Source: Myxococcota bacterium
GTDB taxonomy: Bacteria > Myxococcota_A > UBA9160 > UBA4427
DNA: 64,000 bases
Direction: 5' to 3'
Assembly: GCA_965250285.1 (NCBI GenBank)
Contig: OZ252299.1
Span: 4,448,001-4,512,000, forward strand
The position numbers and the translations under genes are program-made. Below are positions 19,762-29,771 of this stretch, piece after piece. Numbering within the stretch: position 1 is the stretch's first letter; each line of letters begins with the position of its first letter. The notes under the pieces are model-generated. The model did not search any database and was not told the DNA's origin. It saw nothing but the letters and a program-made list of their open reading frames with translations.

Positions 19762-20291
19762 TGCCCCGGCGCGTCGACGCTCGATTGATGCCCCGGCGCG
19801 CCGATGCTCGATTGATCCCCCGGCGCGTCGGTCTCGACCCGGACACGAAAGACGGGGATCTCTGCGGCAATCGCCTCGAAGTCGGCCAGTGGCGCATCCT
19901 TCGAGACCGGCACATGGGGGCGCGCCCCCGGCGCGCGCTGCAGATACGCCTTGAGGATCGCCGGACGCAGGCTTTCATCGACAGGCTGCAATCGCACCTG
20001 CTCGGTTCGGCCGTGCCGCAGCCGCGCATGCCCGTCGGCCGCCTCGACGTTGCGCACCCACGCGACGCCCTGCCCCATCATCGAGACCAGATATCGCTCG
20101 TCGTCGACCACGGCCATCACGAGCGGAAACGAGATGACGCGCCCCGACCGGCGACCGCGCACCTCGAGGGTGACGAGCCAGTTGGGCGCGATGCCGGCCG
20201 CGTGCAGCCAGGCCCAGCCCCGATTCAGCCAGCGAGCGAGCCGGCCGGGTCGGTTGTCGGGATAGAGGTCGCGCTTGATTCGAGCGAACAA
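19707..20291 (-). CDS. Deazaflavin-dependent nitroreductase/quinone reductase-like protein with repeat-derived C-terminal tail
   Basis: VTLEVRGRRSGR, AWVRNV, PVFRV motifs; TTG 20291 has GGAGG 8 nt upstream. Confidence 0.75.
   Translation of the reverse strand: MFARIKRDLYPDNRPGRLARWLNRGWAWLHAAGIAPNWLVTLEVRGRRSGRVISFPLVMAVVDDERYLVSMMGQGVAWVRNVEAADGHARLRHGRTEQVRLQPVDESLRPAILKAYLQRAPGARPHVPVSKDAPLADFEAIAAEIPVFRVRVETDAPGDQSSIGAPGHQSSVDAPGHQSSVAAPPSPPSSKPSR
19741..19837. repeat. 27-bp tandem repeat, about 3.5 copies
   Basis: GGCGCGnCGAyGCTCGATTGATsCCCC units at 19741, 19768 and 19795; partial unit at 19822. Confidence 0.9.
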
Positions 20292-20464
20292 GGGGCGCAC
20301 CTCCGCCCGGGCGAGTCGAGCGAGTGTGCGCCCCTCGGCGCATCGCACCGACTCGTTCCTGCCCAATGCGTCCGCGCAACCCTCGTCGAGTCAAGCGACG
20401 GGTTGCGAAAGCGTCACGCGAATTGAACTGAAGGTGGATCGCCTGCGGCGCGTGGCCCGTCGGA

Positions 20465-21706
20465 TCAGTTCGGGGCGTCGCCCATCGCGAGGTCGGGGAA
20501 CGGGTTCGGGAGCTCGGTCCAGCTGCTGCCGTCGCCCGAAGCGAGCTTCTCGTCGAGCAGACACGCGTCGAGACCGGCCCGAATCGCCTCTTCGTTCATG
20601 TCCTGGCCGATGAACACCAGCTCCTGCGCGCGGTCGCCGAATCGCGGATGCCAGTTCGCCTGTTCGTCGGGCCGCTGGCCTTCGGGGTGCCCCCAGTGCT
20701 CGCGCGGGACCGCCGCCCACCACATCCCGGCCGGGTCGACGCTGCTGACGCCGCCGGCCTGGGCCCATTCGTAGGCGACGGAATGATTGGCCGCGATCCA
20801 GAAGAAGCCCTTCGATCGAAGCACACCATTCCAGTTGTCGTCGTCGTTCATGAACGCCCACAGCTTCTCGGCGTCGAAGGGCTCGTGCGTTCGGTAGACG
20901 AAGCTCGAGATGCCGTACTCCTCGGTCTCGGGCGTGTGCTCCCCCTGCAGCTCACGAATCCAGCCCGCTGAGCTCGCCGCCTTGTCGTAGTCGAACAGGC
21001 CGGTGTCGAGCACGCTGTCGAGGGGCACCTCGCCTCGCGTGGCCCGCTTGATCTCGGCCCCCGGGTTGAGTGCCTGGATGATGGCCTCGACTTCGCACGC
21101 CTGGTCGTCGGTCACGAGGTCGAGCTTGTTCAGCACGATCACGTCGGCGAACTCGATCTGGTCGATCAGCAGGTCGGTCACCGTGCGGTGGTCGTCCTCG
21201 CCGAGTGACTCGCCGCGTTCTTGCAGCGCGTCGGCGGCGTTGTAGTCACGCAGGAGGCTCGCCGCATCGACGACCGTCACCATCGTATCGAGGCGCGAGA
21301 CGTGACTCAGGCTGACGCCCTCTTCGTCTTCGAACGTGAAGGTCTGTGCGACCGGGATCGGTTCGGAGATGCCGGTCGACTCGATGAGCAGATAGTCGAA
21401 GCGCCCTTCCTGGGCGAGGCGCGACACCTCAGCAAGCAGGTCGTCGCGCAGCGTGCAGCAGATGCAGCCGTTCGACATCTCGACGAGCTTCTCTTCGGTG
21501 CGTGAGAGCTCGGCGCCCCCTCGCTCGACCAGCGCGGCGTCGATGTTGACCTCGCTCATGTCGTTCACGATCACCGCGACGCGGCGACCCTCACGGTTGT
21601 GGAGCACCTGGTTCAGCAGGGTCGTCTTGCCTGCACCGAGAAAGCCCGACAGGACGGTGACGGGCAGACGCTCCGGGCTGGGCGTCGTCGGCTGGCTCGA
21701 GCTCAT
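20465..21706 (-). CDS. COG0523 G3E zinc metallochaperone GTPase (ZigA/YciC-like)
   Basis: [55 protein letters not shown]. Confidence 0.94.
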   Translation of the reverse strand: MSSSQPTTPSPERLPVTVLSGFLGAGKTTLLNQVLHNREGRRVAVIVNDMSEVNIDAALVERGGAELSRTEEKLVEMSNGCICCTLRDDLLAEVSRLAQEGRFDYLLIESTGISEPIPVAQTFTFEDEEGVSLSHVSRLDTMVTVVDAASLLRDYNAADALQERGESLGEDDHRTVTDLLIDQIEFADVIVLNKLDLVTDDQACEVEAIIQALNPGAEIKRATRGEVPLDSVLDTGLFDYDKAASSAGWIRELQGEHTPETEEYGISSFVYRTHEPFDAEKLWAFMNDDDNWNGVLRSKGFFWIAANHSVAYEWAQAGGVSSVDPAGMWWAAVPREHWGHPEGQRPDEQANWHPRFGDRAQELVFIGQDMNEEAIRAGLDACLLDEKLASGDGSSWTELPNPFPDLAMGDAPN

Positions 21707-21768
21707 CTCTCTGTTCCTCTCCTTTGTTCGAGAGTGCGTGGATCTGTCAGATCGCTCGACCGGCTCTG

Positions 21769-22956
21769 TCACATGGCCTGTTCGTACAGGCCACGAACGT
21801 CATCACGGCTCGGGTAGCGCGGCGTGTTGAGGATGATCAGATCGCGGAGCGCGTCGGTGGTCAGCCCCTCGACGTCGGCCGCCGTCGCGCCGAGATCGCT
21901 CAGGCTGCGATCCGTCCCCACGGTGGCCGAGAGCTTCTCGACCGCCTCGATCGCGGCGTGCGCGTCGCGCCCGGCGCCGAGCGCCAGACCGACGTCGGCA
22001 TAGCGATCCTTCACCGTCTCGAGGTTGAAGCGCATGACGTGGGGGAGCATCGTGGCCAGCGTCTGGCCGTGCGCGATCCCGAACGTGCCCGAGACCGGGT
22101 GGCCGGTCGCATGCACGAGCCCGAGCAGCGGCCCTGCCGAGAACGCTCGGCCGGCGAGGTGCGAGGCAATCTGCATCGCCGCCCGCGCCTCGACGTCGCT
22201 GCCGTCTGCGACCGCCTTCGGCAGCCACTCGCCCGTGAGCCGAATCGCGTGCAGCGCGAGCCCGTCGGCGTACGGGTTGGCCAGCGTCGAGGTGTAGGCC
22301 TCGGTCGCATGGGTCAAGACATCCATGCCGCAGCACGCCGTCGCGCCCGGAGGCAGACCGACGGTGAGCAGCGGGTCGAGCACAACCGCCCGCGGCTTCA
22401 CGTCTGCATGGCTGAACGTCAGCTTGCGATGATCGGCGCTGCGCGTGATCAGGCCGCCGCCATTGGTCTCCGAGGCCGTGCCCGACGTCGTGGGCACCGC
22501 GATCGTGGGCAGACACGGCGCGCTGGCCTGGGCCGCCGGCGCGAGCGTCGCGAAGTCGATGCGGTCTGCGTCGTCGAGCTCGGGCGAGAACGCCAGCGCG
22601 AGATCGTCGATGCCCGACGGCGCCGCCATCGCGACGTACTTGCCGCAATCCATCACCGACCCACCGCCGACGAGGACCATCACGACGCCCTCCATCCCGA
22701 ACGCCTTCAGGGCCGCCACGCCGCTGGCGACGTTCGCATCGGTCGGATTCGGGTCGACTTCGACGAACGCCTCCCACTCGATGTTCTCGCTGGTCAGCGC
22801 ATCGGTCACCGTGCCCAGGACACCAGCCGACTGCACGCCCTGGTCACTCACCACGAAGGCGCGGCTGCCGTGGGTGCGCACCTGCTGCGCGAGATCGGCG
22901 ACGCTGCCTTCGCCGACGACCGTGGTGCCCATGGGTTCGAGGATGTAGCTGCTCAT
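21769..22956 (-). CDS. Iron-containing alcohol dehydrogenase
   Basis: [36 protein letters not shown]...IAHG metal ligands. Confidence 0.92.
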   Translation of the reverse strand: MSSYILEPMGTTVVGEGSVADLAQQVRTHGSRAFVVSDQGVQSAGVLGTVTDALTSENIEWEAFVEVDPNPTDANVASGVAALKAFGMEGVVMVLVGGGSVMDCGKYVAMAAPSGIDDLALAFSPELDDADRIDFATLAPAAQASAPCLPTIAVPTTSGTASETNGGGLITRSADHRKLTFSHADVKPRAVVLDPLLTVGLPPGATACCGMDVLTHATEAYTSTLANPYADGLALHAIRLTGEWLPKAVADGSDVEARAAMQIASHLAGRAFSAGPLLGLVHATGHPVSGTFGIAHGQTLATMLPHVMRFNLETVKDRYADVGLALGAGRDAHAAIEAVEKLSATVGTDRSLSDLGATAADVEGLTTDALRDLIILNTPRYPSRDDVRGLYEQAM

Positions 22957-23009
22957 GATGTGTGCTCCTGGCGTTCAGCTCGGCCTGGGTGAGAGTCTCG
23001 TCGTGAGAT

Positions 23010-23822
23010 TCAGGCGAGGCCCGAGAAGTCGATCTGGCCCGTCGTCATGAAGGCGTTGAAGCCCATATCGACGTTCAGATTCACGCCGTTCACGTAGCGC
23101 GATGCATGCGACCCGAGGAACGCGAGGCTCATCGCGATGTCTCGCGGTGTGGCGATCGTCCCGCCGATCTGGTCGACGGTCCAGTTCATGGTCTTCTCGG
23201 TGATCGTCTTGTTGAAGTCGGGCAGCAGCGGTGTATCGATGGGCGCAGGGCAGACGCTGTTCGTGCGCACGTGCCGGGCCAGCGTGTCCTTGGCGCTCTT
23301 CATCGTGTAGACCTGGACGCACTCTTTCGAGAACGCATAGCCATCGCCTACGAGCTCGGCGTGGTCGCGGCACCAGCCGAACAGCTCGTCGCGGCTCTCG
23401 ATGGCGATGCAATCGAGCACCTCTTGCAGGTGCCCGGGCCACTGCCCGCCCGCAATCGAGGCGGTGTTCGCGATCGCACCATCTTCTCGGATCTTCGGCA
23501 GCAGCCCCTCCGAGAGCTGACGAAGACCGAGCCAGTTCACCGCCATCACGTCTTCGACCGGATGCGTTGCGGCGATCCCGGCGTTGTTGAAGAGCGCATC
23601 GATGGGCCTGTCGATCGCGTCGATGGCCGCATCGACCGACGCCGCAGCGCCCATGTTCGTCTCGATGAAGCGGTCGAAGGGGCCGGTCGGCTCCTTGATG
23701 TCGAGCACGATCACCTCGGGGCGGCCGAGCTCTGCGAGGACATCGAGGAGAGCCGCGCCGACGCCCGAGAAGGCACCGGTGATGACGACTCGCTTGTTCG
23801 AGTAGTCGAAGCAATGGGACAT
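23010..23822 (-). CDS. SDR family oxidoreductase (coniferyl-alcohol/3-alpha-HSD-like)
   Basis: VITGAFSGVG, FNNAG, YAFSK (YxxxK), VNGVNLNVDMG. Confidence 0.88.
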   Translation of the reverse strand: MSHCFDYSNKRVVITGAFSGVGAALLDVLAELGRPEVIVLDIKEPTGPFDRFIETNMGAAASVDAAIDAIDRPIDALFNNAGIAATHPVEDVMAVNWLGLRQLSEGLLPKIREDGAIANTASIAGGQWPGHLQEVLDCIAIESRDELFGWCRDHAELVGDGYAFSKECVQVYTMKSAKDTLARHVRTNSVCPAPIDTPLLPDFNKTITEKTMNWTVDQIGGTIATPRDIAMSLAFLGSHASRYVNGVNLNVDMGFNAFMTTGQIDFSGLA

Positions 23823-23920
23823 GAATTTCAACTCCAGTCAGGGGGCATCAGTGCCCCGGTTTCAGCGGGTTCGTGATCCGCGCCGTGTCGATGACCGCGG
23901 GGGATCTAGGGTGGGGGCAC

Positions 23921-25150
23921 TCAGTTCAGTCCGCCGCGAGAGCTCACGATCGAGCCGGGCCAGGCGACTTCCTCGACCGAAGCCAACGGGACCGCGTCGA
24001 TCGCCTCCTCCTCGGAGAGCAGGCACTCGTCGAGGGACGCAGCGAGCGCGGCGGCGTCGAGATCGACGCCGACGAAGGCGAGCTCTTGTCGGCGGTCGCC
24101 GAAGCGCGGATGCCACAAGGCGAGCAGTCGTCGACGGTCTTCGTCGCGCGCCGGCCACGCAGCACCGCTACAGCTGGCCCACCAGCGCGCCGCCGGAAAG
24201 ACCCGATGCACCGCCCCTGCGCAGGAGTAGCCCATCGAGAGCTCGCTGCTGTTCGCGAGCCAGAGCTTGCCCTTCGCGCGCAGGATCTCACGAGGCGGAT
24301 CGGCGAACCACTGCCCGAACCGCTCTGGATCGAAGGGACACGATCGCCGGTAGATGAGCCGATCGGCCGCGCACGGCGCGTCGAGCTCGGCCTGCAGCAG
24401 CTCGAGCCAGGGCGGCACCACACGAGCCGATCCGGCGACGCGGGAGGAGCGACTCCCGCGTCGCGGCGCCGTCAGAAACGCACACAAGGACGGATCCGTC
24501 GCTGCATCGAGCGCGAGGACTTCGGCGGTGGGGTTCAGGGTGGTCAGGACACGCTGCACCTCGCCGTGCGCCGACGCCGCGCCGGTCACGACCAGGTGGG
24601 TCGCCGATTCGATCTGCCCAGCGAGAATGTCGGCCACCGAGCGCACGTCGCGGGCTCGAGCCGACCAGCCATGCGCCGCGATGGGATCGCTCGACATCAG
24701 GTGGGCTTCGAGGTGGTCCGAATCGACGAGCGTCGCGACGTTGCCGATGCGCAGGTGGGCGCCGCACTGGCTGGACAGAAAGTCGTTCGCCTCCCAGTGC
24801 TCTACGATTTCGGATGTCTCGTCGTCAGGCGACAGCAGGACGCCGACGTGGTCTCCGTCGCACGGGCCGGGCGGATCGAAGTCGCGGAGCGGACCGAGCG
24901 GCATGACGGCGCGAATGCGGTCGAAGGCATGACGCACCGCGATCGTCGGCAGGCCACCGAAGAGATGGACGCGCTGAATCGGAGCGACCTCCGCCCCCTC
25001 GGTTTGCCGGGTCGGGACCGTCAACGGTTGCCTTGCTGGAGCATCGAATGCGAGGCCCCGCTCCCAGTTGGCAGCATGACGACGAGCGCGCGGCGTCGGC
25101 GCCTCACCCAGCGCAGGCCCCGCGTTCGTCCAATTCTCGAGCCGCGGCAC
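23921..25150 (-). CDS. Degenerate COG0523-like protein (CobW C-terminal domain intact, GTPase motifs eroded); start uncertain
   Basis: TLVD...ADILAGQIESA...LNPTAEV, RCPFDPERF-like [39 protein letters not shown]; no GxxGxGKT or CxCC. Confidence 0.7.
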   Translation of the reverse strand: MPRLENWTNAGPALGEAPTPRARRHAANWERGLAFDAPARQPLTVPTRQTEGAEVAPIQRVHLFGGLPTIAVRHAFDRIRAVMPLGPLRDFDPPGPCDGDHVGVLLSPDDETSEIVEHWEANDFLSSQCGAHLRIGNVATLVDSDHLEAHLMSSDPIAAHGWSARARDVRSVADILAGQIESATHLVVTGAASAHGEVQRVLTTLNPTAEVLALDAATDPSLCAFLTAPRRGSRSSRVAGSARVVPPWLELLQAELDAPCAADRLIYRRSCPFDPERFGQWFADPPREILRAKGKLWLANSSELSMGYSCAGAVHRVFPAARWWASCSGAAWPARDEDRRRLLALWHPRFGDRRQELAFVGVDLDAAALAASLDECLLSEEEAIDAVPLASVEEVAWPGSIVSSRGGLN

Positions 25151-25547
25151 GCACCGAAACCGGCGCGCCTCGGGTCAGGACCGCGTGCCGCAACGCGATC
25201 GCAGCGTTTCTCATCTGATAGCGCCGATCAGGGCCCTCGAGTTCCACGCGATCGCCATTTCTGCCGATCGGATCAGACGCGCGGGCGTGATCGCCGACAC
25301 CCCAACGCGCCGACGGTGGGCCAGGGCACCTCGAGGGCCGAGTCCGCCCTGCCCGCTGAGCGGCAGCGCCGACCGCGCGTTGGCCGGGCTAACGCAGGGC
25401 CCGCGACTTGCCGAGAAGAAGAGGGTGGAGCAGTCTGGCGACACGCGAACCGGCACTGACTCTGCAACAGCGGGGTCGAAACTCGGCGCGTGATGGCCGT
25501 GCCCCCCTCTTTGATCAGGCGCCGCGCGCACTGCGGCGCGAACGGGG

Positions 25548-26099
25548 ATGTTCCGGGTGGTCGAGTTCCGAGCGAATGCGACTGAAGCAACGGCTGGGCG
25601 GGTCGGCGGCGGCCTCGTCTCGTTTGCGATGATCTTCGCGCTGGCCGGCTTGGTCGCGGCGCCGATCTCGGCCGAAGACGACCACGGTCACCACGATCAC
25701 GCGGCACCCCACGGTGGCACGCTCGTCGTCTTCGGCGACGAGGTCGCCCACGTCGAGTTCGTCGTCGACGAAGAAAATGGGGAGATCACCGCCTACGTGC
25801 TCGACGGCGAGGCAGAGCGCGGCGTCGCGGTTCAGCAGGCCTCGCTGACCGTGGTGATCGAGCCGGCATCGGGTCCCGACTTCGAAGTCGCTCTGTCGCC
25901 CGTCGAGAACGTCCTGACCGGAGAGACCCGAGGCAACACGTCTCAGTTCTCGGGTCGGTCCCCGAAGCTCGAGGGTCTTCACCACTTTCACGGCGAGATC
26001 CGAACACTCGAGATCAAGGGGCAGCGGTTCGAAGACGTCGCGTTCAGATTCCCCGAAGGCAACGAAGACCATGCCCATCCTGCGGAGAAGGCACCATGA
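25548..26099 (+). CDS. Secreted His-rich putative metal-binding protein
   Basis: Hydrophobic signal ...LAGLVAAPISA|EDDHGHHDHAAPHGG; C-terminal EDHAH. Exact start uncertain. Confidence 0.7.
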   Translation: MFRVVEFRANATEATAGRVGGGLVSFAMIFALAGLVAAPISAEDDHGHHDHAAPHGGTLVVFGDEVAHVEFVVDEENGEITAYVLDGEAERGVAVQQASLTVVIEPASGPDFEVALSPVENVLTGETRGNTSQFSGRSPKLEGLHHFHGEIRTLEIKGQRFEDVAFRFPEGNEDHAHPAEKAP

Positions 26100-26710
26100 G
26101 TGAGGATGCCCCGCCCACGCCGAGCGAACGAAAGAAGCCGACGACGGCCGCCCGCGTGGTGAAGTACGTCGTGATCACGACCTACGTCGTCGGGTTCTTG
26201 AGCTCGCCGCAGTGGCTGCCGCTCATGTTCCCGGAGACGCCCGTCGTCACCGAGCAGGCGGCGCTGGATGGCGTCGAAGCACAGGATTTCGAGACCATCT
26301 CGTGGAACCGGCTCGGCGGCTTCCCGTACGAGTTCGAGATGGCCGGCTTCCTCGACGACGCGTCGCCCGAGGTGCTCGCCGAACGCAACGAACGATTGAT
26401 CCCGACCGAAGTGCGCGCCCTCGACGGCCAACCGGTCGCGGTGCGCGGCTACGCGATCCCCGTCTCGATCTCGCAGGGCCGGGTCACCGACTTCATCCTC
26501 GCCGCCAAGAACGAGATCGGCTGCTGCTTCGGGGCCGGCCTGGCCATGAATCAGTGGATCCATGTCGCCGTGCCCGAGGGCCAGGTCTTCGACATCGAGC
26601 CCTACGAGATCGCCACGATCCTCGGGCGACTCGAGGTCGGCGAGGAGGTGAAGCAGGGCACCGTGCTGAGCCTCTACCGCCTGCGCGACGCGACGGCCCG
26701 CCGCGGGTGA
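26096..26710 (+). CDS. DUF3299 family protein
   Basis: ALDGQPVAVRGYAIP, DFIL...GCCFG...NQWIHV, GRLEVG, YRL; ATGA overlap with upstream gene. Confidence 0.75.
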   Translation: MSEDAPPTPSERKKPTTAARVVKYVVITTYVVGFLSSPQWLPLMFPETPVVTEQAALDGVEAQDFETISWNRLGGFPYEFEMAGFLDDASPEVLAERNERLIPTEVRALDGQPVAVRGYAIPVSISQGRVTDFILAAKNEIGCCFGAGLAMNQWIHVAVPEGQVFDIEPYEIATILGRLEVGEEVKQGTVLSLYRLRDATARRG

Positions 26711-27384
26711 CAGCGGCGCTTCACATCGAGGGGCTCCGAAAGAGCTACACCACACCCGAAGGCGAGCGCCAAACGGTGATCGACCTGCCGTCGTTCTCGA
26801 TCGACGCGGGGGAGCAGGTCGCGCTGCACGGGCGCAGCGGCTGCGGCAAGACCACCCTGCTCCACCTCATCGCCGGCATCCTGAGCCCCGACGCCGGTCG
26901 CATCGTCGTGGCGGGCGAAGAGATCACCGTACAGTCCGAAGGCGAGCGCGACCGCACGCGCGGTCGACTGATCGGCTACGTATTCCAGAGCTTCAACCTG
27001 CTCGGTGCCTACTCTGCGCTCGAGAACGTGCTCCTCGCCATGCACTTCGGCGAAGGGGAGAGCGCCGACCGCGCGGCCGAGCTGCTCGAGCGCGTGGGGC
27101 TCGGCGATCGGATGCACTACCGACCCCCTCAGCTCTCGATCGGGCAACGGCAGCGCGTCGCCGTCGCCCGCGCGCTGGCCAACCAGCCGGCGCTGGTGCT
27201 CGCCGACGAACCGACGGGCAACCTCGACCCCGAGAACGCCGCATCGTCGCTCGCTCTACTCAGAGACACGGCGCACGAGATGGGCGCCGCGATGCTGCTC
27301 GTGAGCCACGACGACGAGATCTTGCGCGCATTCGATCGCTGCGAAGAGTTCGGCGAGCTCGCGCGCGCAGGAGCCGAACGTTGA
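26707..27384 (+). CDS. ABC transporter ATP-binding protein (LolD/MacB-like)
   Basis: GRSGCGKTT, LSIGQRQRVAVARAL, LADEPTGNLD; GTGA overlap at 26707-26710. Confidence 0.92.
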   Translation: MTAALHIEGLRKSYTTPEGERQTVIDLPSFSIDAGEQVALHGRSGCGKTTLLHLIAGILSPDAGRIVVAGEEITVQSEGERDRTRGRLIGYVFQSFNLLGAYSALENVLLAMHFGEGESADRAAELLERVGLGDRMHYRPPQLSIGQRQRVAVARALANQPALVLADEPTGNLDPENAASSLALLRDTAHEMGAAMLLVSHDDEILRAFDRCEEFGELARAGAER

Positions 27385-28640
27385 GGGCGGGGCTCGGCCT
27401 GCTCGTCCGGCGCAGCTTGCGCGAGCATCTCTTCTCGAGCTGCATCACGATCGCATCGGTCGGCCTCGCCACCGGGCTGGTGCTCGCCGTGTTTGCGATT
27501 CAGGAGCAGAGCCTGCGCGCGTTCGCTGGGGGACCGCTCGGCTTCGACGCCGTGCTCGGCGCGCGGGGCAGTCAGCTACAGCTGGTGCTCAACGCCGTAT
27601 TCCATCTCGAGACGTCGCCGGGCAACATCCCGTGGACGCTCTACGAAGCCATCGAGCGCAATCCCCAGGTCGAACGCGCGATCCCCTACGCCGTCGGCGA
27701 CAACTACCAAGGCTTTCGCATCGTCGGGACGGTGCCGGCGCTGTTCGATGCGAAGGACGACGATGGCCGACCGCCGCTGCGCGTCGCGCCGGGCGGGCGG
27801 CTCTTCGATTCGGATCGGTCCGAGGCCGTCATCGGCGACCAGGTCGCGCGTGCGACCGGTCTCGGTCTCGGCGATCGCTTTCATCCCTATCACGGTCTCG
27901 TTTTCGACGAGGATGCGCGGCACGCCGAGGAGTACGTCGTCGCGGGTGTGCTCGAGTCGAGCAACACACCCGCAGATCGCGTCATCTGGATCCCGATCGA
28001 CGGGATCTACCGAATGGCTGGCCACGTGCTCAAGGGGAGTGGCGAAGTCTACGAGGCCGGCGCGCAGGCCGAGATCCCCGACGAGCACAAGGAGGTGAGC
28101 GCGGTCATGCTGAAGCTGTCCGCGCCGCAGGCCGGCTTCATGCTCGACCAGATGATCAACAAGCAGGGCAAGATCGCCACGCTCGCTTGGCCGATCGGCG
28201 GCGTGATGGTGGATCTCTTCGATAAGCTCGGCTGGGCGATTCGGGTGCTGGGCCTGGTGGCCTATCTCGTCGTGCTCGTCGCGGCCGGCTCGATCGTCGC
28301 GAGCATCGTCAACACCATGCAGGAGCGAAGCCGCGACTTCGCGGTGCTGCGCGCACTCGGTGCGCGTCGCTTCACGGTCTCAGCCGCGATCGTGGGCGAA
28401 GCGGCGAGCATCGGCGCCCTCGGCGCGCTGATCGGCTTCGCGGTGTATGCGGCGATCTTCGGCCTCGCGCGCGCGGTCGTGCGCACTGAGACCGGGGTCG
28501 TCCTCGACCCGTGGATGTGGCATCCGGTCTTCGTGATCGCACCCGCTGCGGTGATCGGGCTCGCAGCGGTCGCGGGCCTGATCCCCGCGCGACTCGCCTA
28601 CCGCACGGACGTCGCCACGCACCTGCTGCCGCCGAGCTGA
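27381..28640 (+). CDS. ABC transporter permease (FtsX/MacB-like)
   Basis: GARGSQLQLVLNAVFH, GDNYQGFRIVGT, ERSRDFAVLRALGA, TM helices. Confidence 0.9.
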   Translation: MRAGLGLLVRRSLREHLFSSCITIASVGLATGLVLAVFAIQEQSLRAFAGGPLGFDAVLGARGSQLQLVLNAVFHLETSPGNIPWTLYEAIERNPQVERAIPYAVGDNYQGFRIVGTVPALFDAKDDDGRPPLRVAPGGRLFDSDRSEAVIGDQVARATGLGLGDRFHPYHGLVFDEDARHAEEYVVAGVLESSNTPADRVIWIPIDGIYRMAGHVLKGSGEVYEAGAQAEIPDEHKEVSAVMLKLSAPQAGFMLDQMINKQGKIATLAWPIGGVMVDLFDKLGWAIRVLGLVAYLVVLVAAGSIVASIVNTMQERSRDFAVLRALGARRFTVSAAIVGEAASIGALGALIGFAVYAAIFGLARAVVRTETGVVLDPWMWHPVFVIAPAAVIGLAAVAGLIPARLAYRTDVATHLLPPS

Positions 28641-28672
28641 AGCGGCGAGCGGGGGACGCGCGTGGCCGACGG

Positions 28673-29509
28673 CTAGAGCCGCTCGGCATGCCAGCGCAGG
28701 TGGTCCTCGATGAACGTGGCCATGAAGAAGTAGCTGTGGTCGTGGCCGGGCTGCCGACGCAGCTCGAGCGAGATGCCGGCCGAGCCGCATGCGGCTTCGA
28801 GCCGTTCGGGCATCAGCTGGTCTTGCAGAAAGCCATCTTCGAGGCCCTGATCGACGAGGATCTCGGGCACGCGCGCGCCGTCTTCGATCAGAGCGCAGGC
28901 ATCGTACGCCCGCCATGCGCCGCGGTCGCTGCCGAGATAGTGCCCGAGCGCCTTCTGGCCCCAGGGACAGTGGCTCGGCGCGCAGATCGGTGCGAACGCA
29001 GACACCGAACGGAACGCGCCGGGGTTTCGAAGCGCCAGCGTGAGCGCCCCGTGCCCGCCCATCGAGTGACCGCTGATGCCGATCCGACCGTCGGCGACCG
29101 GCAGCTCGGCGACCGCGAGCGCGCGCAGCTCGTGCTCGACATAGCTGCGCATGCGGTAGTGGCGTGACCAGGGCGCCTCGGTCGCGTCGACGTAGAAGCC
29201 GGCCCCGAGGCCGAAATCCCAGGCGCCCTCTGGATCATCGGGCACGCCATCGCCTCGCGGCGACGTGTCGGGCGCCAGGATCACGAGGCCGAGCTCGCTG
29301 GCCACGCGCTGTGCCCCGGCCTTCACGGTGAAGTTCTCTTCGGTACAGGTGAGCCCCGAAAGCCAGAGCAGCGTCGGCGCCGGGGCGTCGAGACCATCGG
29401 GCACGTAGGCCGCGAAGCGCATTCGGCACCCGAGCGTCTCGGCGTCGTGCGAGTAGACGAACTGCGTGCCGCCAAAGCAGCGATTCGTGGATTCGGTGGT
29501 GATCGGCAT
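28673..29509 (-). CDS. fghA: S-formylglutathione hydrolase
   Basis: CFGG, WLSGLTC, DFGLGAGFYVDAT, GHSMGGHGAL, HDHSYFF. Confidence 0.95.
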   Translation of the reverse strand: MPITTESTNRCFGGTQFVYSHDAETLGCRMRFAAYVPDGLDAPAPTLLWLSGLTCTEENFTVKAGAQRVASELGLVILAPDTSPRGDGVPDDPEGAWDFGLGAGFYVDATEAPWSRHYRMRSYVEHELRALAVAELPVADGRIGISGHSMGGHGALTLALRNPGAFRSVSAFAPICAPSHCPWGQKALGHYLGSDRGAWRAYDACALIEDGARVPEILVDQGLEDGFLQDQLMPERLEAACGSAGISLELRRQPGHDHSYFFMATFIEDHLRWHAERL

Positions 29510-29758
29510 GGGCGCAGTGTAGGAGACGTCGCCTCGCTGACGAGAGACGATGCACGAGTCGGCGCCGACGGCTGAAGCGCGGGCCGTGTGCGTCGCGCAC
29601 TCACGACCCGAGGGGCGGCGGGCGAGACGCAGAAGCGCGCTCAAACACGTGACGGCAGAGGATGACATCGACCGACGCGCCGGGGTGTCCGCACACAATG
29701 TGTGACGAGATCATGACCTCGCCCTCGCCATCCCTTCAATCGACACGCGTCGGGCTTC

Positions 29759-29764
29759 TATAAT
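29759..29764 (+). promoter_or_regulatory. Perfect -10 hexamer TATAAT 7 nt before ATG; probable leaderless promoter
   Basis: TATAAT-CGACCGA-ATG(29772); no SD-like sequence. Confidence 0.6.
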
Positions 29765-29771
29765 CGACCGA

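Noticed and set aside
19741..19837. Possible mini CRISPR array
   Set aside because: Units are head-to-tail with no spacers, and no cas genes are present; it is a tandem repeat.
25186..25220. Zur/Fur-box candidates (also TGAGAACGGTTTCG near 49857)
   Set aside because: Only weak partial palindromes; no consistent consensus can be supported without motif analysis.
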